The position numbers and the translations under genes are program-made. The notes beneath the pieces were generated by a model. That model worked only from the letters and a program-made list of their open reading frames with translations, had not been told where the DNA came from and did not search any database. Positions 38,267-48,065 of a stretch of DNA of 64,000 bases are shown piece by piece. Location of the stretch: the NCBI GenBank assembly GCA_903936565.1, contig CAIZVZ010000001.1, forward strand, positions 95,905-159,904. The letters are read 5' to 3'. The stretch is from an uncultured bacterium (lineage in GTDB: Bacteria > Patescibacteriota > Minisyncoccia > Phycocordibacterales > CAIZLB01). Numbering within the stretch: the stretch's first letter is position 1; every line of letters starts with the position of its first letter.

Positions 38267-38716
38267 TCAGACAATGTTGGCTGGTGACCTGACCCTGTTT
38301 TTGTATCTTTCATACATGTCTGTAGCGCAGAATGTAATAAGGATAGTGACGGCGAGTAGGGCCGGAACAAGGAGTATTGCTGCATAACGGAACTCAAAGA
38401 CGCGGTAACCCACTTTAGCAAAACCCATCGACCACAGAAGGAGCGAAGCTCCGTTCATGATGATGGGAAGGCAGAAGTAAGTCACAAAAACCCAGAAGAA
38501 CCAACCCCCGAGCATTCGCGTCCAACGAGACTTTCGTTGTAACTGCCCCCGCTCGATCATATGCACGACTACCAGGAACAATGCCGCAACTGGAGCGATT
38601 ACTTGAGTTAGTATGTAGTTTTCAAAGCCTCCATTTGCAAGGTACGTGTAAGGTGCCGAAATGATGCCGCCAACAATGAAGTAAGCAAGCGTCAAGATAA
38701 ACTTAATGGTGATATT
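38267..38716 (-). CDS. Hypothetical polytopic membrane protein (about 4 TM helices), GC-rich
   Basis: The ORF extends to 38761 using a TTG start; the internal ATG (MNITIKF) is more plausible. It is strongly hydrophobic. At 150-165 aa with about 4 helices it is not LivM. Confidence 0.45.
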   Translation of the reverse strand, partial: NITIKFILTLAYFIVGGIISAPYTYLANGGFENYILTQVIAPVAALFLVVVHMIERGQLQRKSRWTRMLGGWFFWVFVTYFCLPIIMNGASLLLWSMGFAKVGYRVFEFRYAAILLVPALLAVTILITFCATDMYERYKNRVRSPANIV

Positions 38717-38848
38717 CATGTGTGTCTCCTTCGATTTGTGTATGGTTGAGTGTTTGTACAATTGAACCGCTTAAGTTCAACACAAATACCATACCATACA
38801 CAGCACGTTTGTAAAGGTCTACTGAATTTATTTATCACCGCCACTTAA

Positions 38849-39724
38849 CTACCCCTTCTTCCCCATTATTCCTCCCGGCTTAAATATTAGAAACAGGATT
38901 AAGACACCAAACGCAATGGCGTCCTTCCATTCTCCAGAAATTTTCCAGATACCAAAGTTCTCAACAAACCCTAAAAAGAATGCTCCTAAGACTCCACCGT
39001 AAACATTTCCAACACCTCCAATAATTGAAGCAATAACTCCTTTCAGCAACAGATTCATTCCCATGGTTGGTTCAATTCCAGTATCAAATCCAATTGCAAT
39101 TCCCGCGACACCCGCAATCATTGATCCAATGAAAAAGACCTTGGCTATGATTTTATTCGCATTAATTCCGACAATCTTCGCAACCTCCACATCATCACTA
39201 ATCGCCTTCACAGCCTTTCCAAACTTAGTATATTTCATCGAAAGACCGAGTACCAACGTTATCAAAATTGCCGCAGCTAGAATAATGAGTTGAGTCTCAG
39301 TTATAATTCCACCAAAAATATTATAGACCTTTGACTCCCCAAAGTTTGTTGAGATTGTTTGGAATTGACTTGTAAAGATAATTGCAATGATCGCTTGAAG
39401 CGCAGTAAATAAGCCAAGCGACGCAACAAGCATCACCATTCCAGACGCTCGCTTTTCTCTCATTTTCAAAAAGACAAATTTCTCAGATAGATATCCAACA
39501 AATCCAGTAAATATTACCGCAATAATTATCGCCAACCAAATATCCATTCCATGATTCTTGGAAAGTGAAAAGACCGTGTAACCTGCAATTGTCGCAATAA
39601 CTCCATGATTGATATTGAAAAACTTGGTTGTGCCGAAAATTAAGTTGAATCCCAGCGCGACCAGTGAGTATATTGAACCTGCGATTATACTGTTGACGAT
39701 GAGTTGTGGAATTATTGAGTTCAT
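38849..39724 (-). CDS. livH: Branched-chain amino acid ABC transporter permease LivH-like
   Basis: 291 aa. It has the LivH-family motifs FNINHG, TKFGKAVKAISDDVEVAKIVGIN, GGVGNVYGG and a C-terminal FKPGGIMG. Confidence 0.85.
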   Translation of the reverse strand: MNSIIPQLIVNSIIAGSIYSLVALGFNLIFGTTKFFNINHGVIATIAGYTVFSLSKNHGMDIWLAIIIAVIFTGFVGYLSEKFVFLKMREKRASGMVMLVASLGLFTALQAIIAIIFTSQFQTISTNFGESKVYNIFGGIITETQLIILAAAILITLVLGLSMKYTKFGKAVKAISDDVEVAKIVGINANKIIAKVFFIGSMIAGVAGIAIGFDTGIEPTMGMNLLLKGVIASIIGGVGNVYGGVLGAFFLGFVENFGIWKISGEWKDAIAFGVLILFLIFKPGGIMGKKG

Positions 39725-39765
39725 TTTGTTTTATTTTAATTTGTGTGTTCGCGTTTTTATCTGTT

Positions 39766-40491
39766 TTATTTATGTGCCAAAAATACCTTTTCTAATAATC
39801 CTGAAGAAATTATATGCTGTGGCGTGTTATTTTCCACAACTTGGCCCTTATCCAAAAGGTACGCTCTATCTACAATTTCCAATACTGATTGCAAATTGTG
39901 CTCAACGATCATAATGGATGTTCCGTGCTTTTGATTAATTTCCTTTATCTTGGCAAAAACCTCCTTCACCACCTTTGGTGACAAACCAAGTGATGGCTCA
40001 TCAAGAAGTAGGACCTTTGGAGTTGTGACCAAACCTCTTGCGATTGCTACCATTTGTTGCTGCCCACCTGAGAGGTTTTTTGCTGGAACCTTTAGCTTTT
40101 TCCTGAGGTCTGGGAAAAGATCAAGAACCGCTTCAATGTTTGATTTCAAGACCGCTCTACTGTTTATTGAAAATCCTCCCATTTCTAGATTCTCAAGAAC
40201 GGTGAGAGATTTAAAGATTTGTCTTCCCTGTGGTACAAAGGAAATCCCACGCTCCACTATCTCATGCGGTACGGGGTAAATTCTTTCACCATAATAATAT
40301 ATCTCTCCACGCGTTACCGGTGCTATACCGAATAGGGCTTTTAGAATTGTAGACTTACCAGCGCCGTTTGGACCCATCAGGGCCAAGATTTCTCCGTCGT
40401 TTAAATATACGGTCGCACCGTCCAATGCCTTAACTCCACCGTAGTGGACGTGTATATCTTCTAGTCTTAAGAGATTTTCGTTTTCTTTCAT
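39766..40491 (-). CDS. livF: Branched-chain amino acid ABC transporter ATP-binding protein LivF-like
   Basis: It has Walker A GPNGAGKST, the signature LSGGQQQMVAIARGL and Walker B LLLDEPS. Confidence 0.85.
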   Translation of the reverse strand: MKENENLLRLEDIHVHYGGVKALDGATVYLNDGEILALMGPNGAGKSTILKALFGIAPVTRGEIYYYGERIYPVPHEIVERGISFVPQGRQIFKSLTVLENLEMGGFSINSRAVLKSNIEAVLDLFPDLRKKLKVPAKNLSGGQQQMVAIARGLVTTPKVLLLDEPSLGLSPKVVKEVFAKIKEINQKHGTSIMIVEHNLQSVLEIVDRAYLLDKGQVVENNTPQHIISSGLLEKVFLAHK

Positions 40492-40596
40492 GTGATGTTT
40501 TATTACCTATATTTTAACTTAAATTTGGGATAAATACAAAAGGCACCCATCTACATAGTTTATGTAAATCAGGTGCCGTTCTGCAGTAGTGTGACT

Positions 40597-41670
40597 TTAC
40601 TTAGGCAACATCCCATTCTCAATAACTCCAATCTTAAACTCCGGCTTTCTAACACCAACTGAATCAAATTCAATCTTTCCACTAACTCCACTTGAATTTG
40701 ATTTCAAGATGTTAGCCATCCATTTTGAATTATCAGAGCTGTAATTATTAGATAGTAGATTTACAGCATCATATCCAACGTTTCCAGTTAGTATATTTGA
40801 GTTGCCAAATCTTTTTGTATATGAGGCAACAAAGGCAGGTTCGTTGAAATTTCCAACAACCACAACCTTACTTCCGTTAAACATCTCTGGGCTCGCAATC
40901 TTCGTTGCTGACTCCCAACCATTTTGAAGATCACAATCGAAATAGTACGATACGTTCTTCATTCCTAATTCATTGAAAGTTTTAAGGAATCTTGCCATTA
41001 AGTCAGGTGTAATAACAAGGGCAACAGCATCAGGATTCAGAGCTTTAATCTTTAAAGCAAAAGTTCTAATATCTTGCTCTCCAAAATTCACAACAAACTC
41101 ATCTACATTTCCTTGATAACCCTCCTTAACACCCTTAGAAAATCTTGCAAAGACAGCGTGATTTCCTGTCACCATTACAACTTTTTGCTTTCCATCCTTT
41201 TTAATTTCTTGCCCCATTGCAACTTCACTTGCATAGTTCCCAGGATAAATTTGCAAAACATTGTCATCCTTTGGATCAAGTGATTGCTCACCGCCGTTGA
41301 TGACAGGCATTCCGTCCGCCACTACATCATTATAGATGGAATCGATAGTAATTGTATCAACTGCAATTAATACATTTATGTGATCTATACTTTTTAACTT
41401 CTTATAAGCCGACAATGACTTACCAGGGTCAAATGCTCCGTCTTCAACAATCAACTCAATTTTCTTGTCCGGATTTTTTGCTTTTATTTCCTCCACAGCA
41501 AGTAACGCACCGTTTCTAAAAGTTTCACCAACAGATGCATAGTTACCAGAGAAAGGACCAATAAGACCAATTCTCAAAACCTGATCATCCTTTTGTCCTC
41601 CACCAAATGCAAAAACCGCCACTACAACTATCACTATCGCGACCACCCAAGCAATAACTTTTTTATTCAT
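40597..41670 (-). CDS. LivK-like type-I substrate-binding protein, signal-anchored, SBP-2
   Basis: It has LRIGLIGPFSGNYASVGE ... KKIELIVEDGAFDPGKS. The ORF runs to 41748, but a start at MNKKVIAW (41670) matches the M-(K/N)-K-hydrophobic start of every other SBP in the array. Confidence 0.8.
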   Translation of the reverse strand: MNKKVIAWVVAIVIVVVAVFAFGGGQKDDQVLRIGLIGPFSGNYASVGETFRNGALLAVEEIKAKNPDKKIELIVEDGAFDPGKSLSAYKKLKSIDHINVLIAVDTITIDSIYNDVVADGMPVINGGEQSLDPKDDNVLQIYPGNYASEVAMGQEIKKDGKQKVVMVTGNHAVFARFSKGVKEGYQGNVDEFVVNFGEQDIRTFALKIKALNPDAVALVITPDLMARFLKTFNELGMKNVSYYFDCDLQNGWESATKIASPEMFNGSKVVVVGNFNEPAFVASYTKRFGNSNILTGNVGYDAVNLLSNNYSSDNSKWMANILKSNSSGVSGKIEFDSVGVRKPEFKIGVIENGMLPK

Positions 41671-41791
41671 AATTTTATCTTTTAAATAATTAATGTAATC
41701 ATTATAAACCCTCTCACAATTAAAGACATTTAATTTGTATTTTGGCAATTATGCACACAATTAGGCTATGTTTAAAGGCTTATATTATTAA

Positions 41792-41813
41792 TCAATATGT
41801 CAGGAATATTGAC
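41792..41813. promoter_or_regulatory. Inverted repeat TCAATATGTCAGGAATATTGAC (8-bp arms) in the SBP-2/TrmB divergent intergenic region; core GTCAGRAATATTGAC recurs at 43902-43916
   Basis: Palindrome read directly; it is shared with the next cassette. Confidence 0.35.
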
Positions 41814-41845
41814 ATTTTATTGATAAAGACATACAATTAATCACA

Positions 41846-42637
41846 ATGTCAAGAAAAGTAACCAAAAATCCATATCTATTTTCTGCCAATGAGAGACTAT
41901 TGTTGGCTAATATACAAAAGCACAATACCCCACTTGAATTATCTGCTGTGACCAAAATCCCCCGCCCCACCGTTTACATTACACTAGAGAAATTAGAGAT
42001 TAGAAATTTAGTACACAGCACTAAGATTTTAAAGAAAAGAAAATGGTTCTTAAATGCAAATATTGAATTGAATGATTTGATAGGTAAGGACGGAGGTACC
42101 ACAATTCATCCAGTAAGTAACCCCACCTCCCCTACTCCAGGAGTCCAGATATATACAGACAAAAAGGATATCTTTAAAGTACTCGATAGAATAAGCGCGC
42201 CATCCAAAACTCGTCTTCAGATCTTGAGTGGAGATAATATTTTGAACGACTACGACACCGCAGTTGGAAAGAATAAAATAATTGAATTCAATGAAAAGAT
42301 TAAAGCTTCAAATATTATTGTTGAGGCAATTTGCACCAGATTTGTCTTTGACACTCAAATGGTCCACTTTGGTGAGGACTGGACCGAGTCTTATATGGGA
42401 AGATCCACTGAAGTGCACACGATTAATAAAAAGTATCTAAACCACAATAGGCAGATTTTCATCTATAACAATCGTGTCTACTTTTTTATGCTAGATAGAC
42501 CTGCCATTTTAGAAGTCTCTGATTCAAACCTAGTTAAAGCATTTATGTCTATTTTTGAATTCATCAAAGACTACTCACCAAACTTTGATATGAATAGTTA
42601 CATGAAGGAAAAAATGGATAAAAACAAGAGCAAGTAA
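41846..42637 (+). CDS. TrmB-family winged-helix transcriptional regulator, R-1
   Basis: The N-terminal HTH LSAVTKIPRPTVYITLEKLEIRNLV matches the TrmB HTH pattern (xxIAxxxxIPRxxVYxxLxxLxxKGxV). It is 263 aa and divergent from SBP-2. Confidence 0.7.
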   Translation: MSRKVTKNPYLFSANERLLLANIQKHNTPLELSAVTKIPRPTVYITLEKLEIRNLVHSTKILKKRKWFLNANIELNDLIGKDGGTTIHPVSNPTSPTPGVQIYTDKKDIFKVLDRISAPSKTRLQILSGDNILNDYDTAVGKNKIIEFNEKIKASNIIVEAICTRFVFDTQMVHFGEDWTESYMGRSTEVHTINKKYLNHNRQIFIYNNRVYFFMLDRPAILEVSDSNLVKAFMSIFEFIKDYSPNFDMNSYMKEKMDKNKSK

Positions 42638-42686
42638 AAAACAGCAGGAGTTCCTACTGTTTTCCACTCTACCCTCCAGCTAAATA

Positions 42687-43778
42687 TTATTTCACTGTTA
42701 ATTCTCCATTTATAATCTCCCCTATCTTAAATTGTGGCGGCCTCATACCCACGTCATTAAATCTTATTTCTCCGGTAACGCCCATTGCTTTATATTTCTC
42801 GATATTGCTCTTCCACTTAGACTGGTCTTTATCGTATAAATTAATAGCGGTCATATAAGCGTCATATCCAAAGCCTGATAACATAGATACGTTCTGATTA
42901 AATCTAACCTTATATTTCTCTTGAAACTCCTTAGTCATCTCTGCTGCAGAGTATAGACTCTTTGAACCGTTAAGAGTACTCAGACCTCCAAGTGCATCTT
43001 TGTAATCATTAATTCCAAATTGTAGATTGATGTCAAAGTACATGTGTTTAGGCACAGCATTGAAATCTTTCAACTTACGAACAAGCTTTGCTCCATCTTT
43101 TGCCTCCATAAATATAAGTAATCCATCCGGGTTTGATTCTTTTATTTTCAGTGCAATACTACTCATATCCTTTTCTGATGTACTTATTCTCTGAATTTCA
43201 ACCTCTCCCTTATATGTTTTAGTAAAGTCAGAAACAAATTTCTCATAAGCCTTAAATTGTTGCATGGCAATTACCACCTTCTTTACCTCATCCTTGTTTG
43301 CAACATCACCCATTACCCCAATTGAAGTTTGATCAGGATATATTTGATATATGTTATCTGCGATTGGATCACTCTCCGCTCCAAGTTGAAATGTAAGCAT
43401 TCCGCTATCGTGAACATCCTTAGAGATAACATCTATTGTTGGAGATGACAGATTAATTAGCGTGTCAATTTTATTAATAGAAACTAATTTCTGATACGCT
43501 GACGCACCTTTTTTTGAGTCAAAGTTATCATCTTCAATAAATACATTTATTTTCTTTTCGGGATGTGCTTTTGCATATTCCTCCTTGGCTAAAGTGATTC
43601 CGTTAGCAAAACCCTGACCCAAGTTGTCACCTCCAGATATTAAACCTGTAAGTGAGGTTATAACACCTATATTAATTGAGTCTGCCTGCTTACCATTTGA
43701 ACCATTAAGCGATATGACGATGATGACAATTACTGCTATTGCTACCAAACCTGTTACTAATTTATTATTTTTCTTCAT
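42687..43778 (-). CDS. LivK-like type-I substrate-binding protein, signal-anchored, SBP-3
   Basis: An MKKNNKL plus TM helix start is followed by INIGVITSLTGLISGGDNLG ... KKINVFIEDDNFDSKKG. Confidence 0.8.
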   Translation of the reverse strand: MKKNNKLVTGLVAIAVIVIIVISLNGSNGKQADSINIGVITSLTGLISGGDNLGQGFANGITLAKEEYAKAHPEKKINVFIEDDNFDSKKGASAYQKLVSINKIDTLINLSSPTIDVISKDVHDSGMLTFQLGAESDPIADNIYQIYPDQTSIGVMGDVANKDEVKKVVIAMQQFKAYEKFVSDFTKTYKGEVEIQRISTSEKDMSSIALKIKESNPDGLLIFMEAKDGAKLVRKLKDFNAVPKHMYFDINLQFGINDYKDALGGLSTLNGSKSLYSAAEMTKEFQEKYKVRFNQNVSMLSGFGYDAYMTAINLYDKDQSKWKSNIEKYKAMGVTGEIRFNDVGMRPPQFKIGEIINGELTVK

Positions 43779-43901
43779 ATTTTTTAATTTATTTTTATGA
43801 CATCATTTTATGGCAATGTACAGATAGAGTCAAAGTTTATAAATATGACTAACCGATATTAGGCCTATTTATAGAGCTAATATGGTCATACATAATTGGT
43901 A

Positions 43902-43916
43902 GTCAGAAATATTGAC
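43902..43916. promoter_or_regulatory. GTCAGAAATATTGAC motif (within palindrome TAGTCA-n7-TGACTA) upstream of the R-2 start
   Basis: Same 15-mer class as 41799-41813. Confidence 0.35.
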
Positions 43917-43946
43917 TATTTTGCAAATATTGATAAAATGTTGTAT

Positions 43947-44684
43947 ATGAATGAAATACTAAAAGCACTAACGAACGCTGGCCTAAATCAAAAGGAGGCA
44001 GAAATATATCTAATTCTTTTAAAACTAAAGACTGCCACAGCCTATAAAATTGCAAAGGACTCTTCCATCAAAAAACCGACCGTGTATGTAATTCTTGAAA
44101 CACTAAGGCAAAAAGGCTTTATTCTTAAGACCCCTTCAAAGCGAGGTACGGTCTATACTGCAAAGTCCCCCGATGAATTCATCAATATTATTGAACAGAA
44201 GTTTACTAGCGTCCTCAACACCCTACCTTTACTTAAAAGTATATTTAAGGAAAGTTCAAATAATATTAATGTCTTTTATTTTGAGGGAATGAAAGGTCTA
44301 GAAGATTTATGCTATTACAGATTCGATGAGATAAATGATACCGAGATGGTTGGATTCTTTGCTAAGCCATCAACTAATTTTAAGGAATACGAAGCGTTAT
44401 TTACGAAATGGTCAAAAGATCTATTAAAAAGAAAAGTAAAAATAAGTGGAATAACCCCGGACCATCAATATATGAAAGGTCAAGTTGAAAATAACAGAGA
44501 TGCTTATCGTAATTTGAAATTAGTAGACCCGGAAAAATATTCATCAACCGTTTCCATAGATGTCTCGCTTAATTTTGTAAGAATCATGGATCTCAAGAAT
44601 CTTAATGGAGTTATAATTGAGAATACTGATTTAGCAAACGCGATTCACCAGGTGTTTGATATGGTCTGGGAGGGTCTCAAATAA
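43947..44684 (+). CDS. TrmB-family winged-helix transcriptional regulator, R-2
   Basis: It has the HTH KEAEIYLILLKLKTATAYKIAKDSSIKKPTVYVILETLRQKGFI. The ORF opens at 43896, but the likely start is MNEIL at 43947. Confidence 0.7.
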   Translation: MNEILKALTNAGLNQKEAEIYLILLKLKTATAYKIAKDSSIKKPTVYVILETLRQKGFILKTPSKRGTVYTAKSPDEFINIIEQKFTSVLNTLPLLKSIFKESSNNINVFYFEGMKGLEDLCYYRFDEINDTEMVGFFAKPSTNFKEYEALFTKWSKDLLKRKVKISGITPDHQYMKGQVENNRDAYRNLKLVDPEKYSSTVSIDVSLNFVRIMDLKNLNGVIIENTDLANAIHQVFDMVWEGLK

Positions 44685-44691
44685 TATTATA

Positions 44692-45765
44692 CTATTTAAT
44701 ATCCACAAACTTACCATCTGCAACAGTAGAGACTTGATATTGATCCTGTAAGTCACCATTGGTGTCAAAATTGATTGAGTAAGTTAGACCCGGATAATCT
44801 TTTATACCAGCTACATAATCTTTTATACACAGATTCTTGTCCCCTGTTGTACATTTATCTAGGGAAGAAATTAGTATTTTCATGGAGTCATAATTTCTAG
44901 TAGTCACATAGTTTGGAGCTTCCTTATACTTCTCCAGATATGACGTCCCAAAATCTTTATTTACCAACAGTACTGAAGGCGAAATTATAATCACACCCTC
45001 TGCGTATTGTCCCGCCATATTAATCAACTCTGGACTATAGCATGCCGATCCGCAATATATCTTCGTATTAACACCAAGCTCCCTTGCTTGTTTTACAAAA
45101 ATTCCCGCTTCCTTTCCCCATGAGGCAATAAATATCACATCCGGATTTGCGTTTTTTATTTTTATTATTTGAGATCTTAAATCAGTATCTGTTGGCAAAA
45201 AACCTTCTGATGCCACTATATTATCTTTATCAAAATTTTTAGTAAATGCATCTGCAATCCCCTTTCCATAATCATTATTAAGATAAATAACCGCTACTCT
45301 TTTTTTGCCGTCCTTTAATATCGTGCTTTTAATTGTAGACATTTCAACATCAGTTGTACCGTTTATTCTAAAAGTATAATCGTTAGGAGTTGAATACGGT
45401 GGGGCCGCTACTATACTAAATGTTGGTATTTTACTTTCATTGACTACAGGTGCAATCGCCATAGCAACTGGACTTCCAAGTGAAAATACAGCTCTAATAC
45501 TTTTATCATTTTTATATTGATTAATGATAGATATAGCCTTCTTAGCGTCTAGCTGACTATCTTCAAAAATAATCTCAAGATTCTTACCCTCTGACGCTAG
45601 CTGCAAACCTCTTTTTGCCCATTCTCCATGTTGAGAATTAGAACCACTCAAAGGAAGTATCGCAAGCACCCTATCTTTACCAGAATTATTATTCCAACCA
45701 CTGAATACGACAATAAAGACGATTATTACGATAGCGGCAATCCAGTATAATTTGTTTTTATTCAT
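44692..45765 (-). CDS. LivK-like type-I substrate-binding protein, signal-anchored, SBP-4
   Basis: An MNKNKLYW plus TM helix start is followed by LAILPLSGSNSQHGEWAKRG ... EIIFEDSQLDAKKA. Confidence 0.75.
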   Translation of the reverse strand: MNKNKLYWIAAIVIIVFIVVFSGWNNNSGKDRVLAILPLSGSNSQHGEWAKRGLQLASEGKNLEIIFEDSQLDAKKAISIINQYKNDKSIRAVFSLGSPVAMAIAPVVNESKIPTFSIVAAPPYSTPNDYTFRINGTTDVEMSTIKSTILKDGKKRVAVIYLNNDYGKGIADAFTKNFDKDNIVASEGFLPTDTDLRSQIIKIKNANPDVIFIASWGKEAGIFVKQARELGVNTKIYCGSACYSPELINMAGQYAEGVIIISPSVLLVNKDFGTSYLEKYKEAPNYVTTRNYDSMKILISSLDKCTTGDKNLCIKDYVAGIKDYPGLTYSINFDTNGDLQDQYQVSTVADGKFVDIK

Positions 45766-45865
45766 TATGTTGAAATTATACTACCTCCACATACTGAGTC
45801 AAATTACATAAATTATTTAGAATTTCTTTATAGAGGCATTATACCCTTTATTTATAATTGTCGGC

Positions 45866-46693
45866 ATGACAAAAATAAACATAAAGAATCAAGAAATTAC
45901 AATCAATTTATCAAAGATGGGAGATGATTATATATCGCTGACAGACATAGCTAGATACAAGAATCCACATGAACCGAAGGATGTGGTAAAAAACTGGATG
46001 AGAAATAAAAATACTATTGAATTTTTAGGGTTGTGGGAAAGAATAAACAACCCTCATTTTAAGGGGGTCGAATTCGACCCCCTTAAAAAAGAAGCTGGTT
46101 TAAACAGTTTTACCCTATCCCCAGAAAGATGGACCAAGCTGACTGGTGCTATTGGCGTTAAAACACTAGCTAGGCGTCACAATGGCGGGACATTTGCCCA
46201 CAAAGATATCGCTTTCGAATTTGCAAGTTGGGTATCTTCTGAATTTAAGCTGTATTTGATTAAGGAGTTCCAAAGGTTAAAAAATGAGGAGAACGATAGA
46301 CTGAATCTCGGATGGAATGTTAGGAGATTGTTAACTAAAATAAATTACAAGATACACACAGATTCCATAAAAGAAAACATAGTCATGCCTCAAAAGTTAT
46401 CTGGAAAGGATTCAATGGCGGTTTATGCCAATGAAGCCGATGTTTTAAATAAAGCCTTATTTGGTATCACAGCTAAAGAATGGAGAGATGCGAACACAAA
46501 GCTTAGAGGTAACATCAGAGACTATGCAAATATCATACAATTAGTCTGTTTAGTTAATTTAGAAAACTTGAATTCAGAATACATCAAGGAAGGACTTAGC
46601 CAAGGAGAAAGATTAATTAAGTTAAATGAAATTGCAATTCATCAGATGGGTTTACTTATAGATAATTCGGGTATCAGAAAGCTGGGCAAATAA
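45866..46693 (+). CDS. KilA-N domain-containing protein (phage/APSES-type DNA-binding domain)
   Basis: The N-terminal 150 aa match the KilA-N pattern (ISLTDIARYKNPHEP...NWMRNKNTIEFLGLWERINNPHFKG..EFD.LKKEAGLNSFTLSPERW...GGTFAHKDIAFEFASWVSSEFKLYLIKEFQRLK). It occupies the slot where the other cassettes carry a TrmB gene. Confidence 0.75.
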   Translation: MTKINIKNQEITINLSKMGDDYISLTDIARYKNPHEPKDVVKNWMRNKNTIEFLGLWERINNPHFKGVEFDPLKKEAGLNSFTLSPERWTKLTGAIGVKTLARRHNGGTFAHKDIAFEFASWVSSEFKLYLIKEFQRLKNEENDRLNLGWNVRRLLTKINYKIHTDSIKENIVMPQKLSGKDSMAVYANEADVLNKALFGITAKEWRDANTKLRGNIRDYANIIQLVCLVNLENLNSEYIKEGLSQGERLIKLNEIAIHQMGLLIDNSGIRKLGK

Positions 46694-46761
46694 GTGTCAA
46701 ATTTTAAGTAGGTTAAATTAGGTCAGTTTAAAGGGTTCTATTTAAGCCTCTTTAAAACCAC

Positions 46762-46794
46762 AAAAAACAGCGGATGAAATCCGCTGTTTTTTTA
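46762..46794. terminator. Bidirectional intrinsic terminator ACAGCGGAT-gaa-ATCCGCTGT followed by TTTTTTT
   Basis: Perfect 9-bp stem flanked by an A-run and a T-run, between convergent genes. Confidence 0.7.
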
Positions 46795-46814
46795 TATCAA
46801 TAATCTCAAACTCT

Positions 46815-47882
46815 CTACTCCTCCAGCTTCACAAACTTCCCATCCTTGAATATGTGTAGCTCGTACGCAGCTGGTCTTGTTCCTTGGTTATCAAAGGAAA
46901 CTCTTCCTGACACACCATCAAAATTTGTTTTAGCCACCACTGATTTCCAATCTTTCTTAGGAACACCTCCTAGCTTCTTAATGATTTCTGCAGAGTCATA
47001 AGCATAATCACTTATGAACAATGGATCGTAACCGTACTTGGCCTTAAATGCATCTTTGAAGCTCTGTGTAGTGTCTGATGGAAGATTAGCTGATATACAT
47101 CCCTGTAGCATCTTATCGCTTCCTAACGCCTTAATATAATCTCCAACAACAAACTCTATATTAGCATCACATATCACTGAAACATTCTTTGAACCCTTTT
47201 GTTCTCCAAGAGTCTTAAGTAATTTAATGCCAGTATCCTTATCAACAATCACCGTCATAGCATCTGGATTGAACGCAAGTATCTTCGCAACTTCTGTTCT
47301 CAGGTCTCCATTTGGAGCAATATTAAAATCCTCTGTAATTACATTTTGACCCAAAGCCTTTTTGAAGTATTCAGCGTCAGTCTTAAATATATCTAAGCTC
47401 CCACTGTATACCACAGCAATTCTACTGTATCTTTTTGAAGCCTCTTTTCCAACAGCACTAAAGATTGGATAACTGAATGGTATTGTTTGGAAAACCGTAT
47501 CATCTTTCTTTGTATTAGATTCAGTTAAGTGAAAAGTTAAAATTTGATCTTTTTCAATTAGAGCCTGATTAGCATCCAATGACGGACTATCAACATTTAT
47601 TATCACATCCACCTTATCGATTGAAGTTAACTTTTGATAAGCAGAAACTGCTTTCTTTGGATCAAATGCATCATCCTCAAACACAACCTGTATATTTGAA
47701 TCCTTTTCGAAACTCATTAAAATTGAATTTCGAATACTTTCACCAAGAGCTCCGTATTGTCCGGACATTGGCGCTATGACACCAACTTTAATTTTTCCAC
47801 TTGGCTTTTCTTTTGACGAATATGCAACCGCTGTCAAGATTATCGCTATTACAACTATTCCTATAATTATTTTTTTCCTCAT
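46815..47882 (-). CDS. LivK-like type-I substrate-binding protein, signal-anchored, SBP-5
   Basis: It has IKVGVIAPMSGQYGALGE ... VVFEDDAFDPKKA, and the C-terminus ends ELHIFKDGKFVKLEE. Confidence 0.8.
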   Translation of the reverse strand: MRKKIIIGIVVIAIILTAVAYSSKEKPSGKIKVGVIAPMSGQYGALGESIRNSILMSFEKDSNIQVVFEDDAFDPKKAVSAYQKLTSIDKVDVIINVDSPSLDANQALIEKDQILTFHLTESNTKKDDTVFQTIPFSYPIFSAVGKEASKRYSRIAVVYSGSLDIFKTDAEYFKKALGQNVITEDFNIAPNGDLRTEVAKILAFNPDAMTVIVDKDTGIKLLKTLGEQKGSKNVSVICDANIEFVVGDYIKALGSDKMLQGCISANLPSDTTQSFKDAFKAKYGYDPLFISDYAYDSAEIIKKLGGVPKKDWKSVVAKTNFDGVSGRVSFDNQGTRPAAYELHIFKDGKFVKLEE

Positions 47883-48065
47883 AAATTTAATTTGATTATT
47901 ATCTATTAAATTAACTGTTAATTTCTGATGTCAAAATTATAAAACAGATGCTGTGAGTTGTAAAAAGTAAGGTCATTTTCATAAGCACTTCCAAATAGTC
48001 CTTTATATACAAAGTATTTTATAATATATATTGACTAAAAGTTCGACATAATATACTATTTAAAC

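Noticed and set aside
38267-38761. Small membrane protein downstream of livH considered as the missing LivM permease.
   Set aside because: It is far too short (about 150-165 aa with about 4 helices, against 300-420 aa and 8-10 TM for LivM). It lacks the EAA-like loop motif and its GC is atypical.
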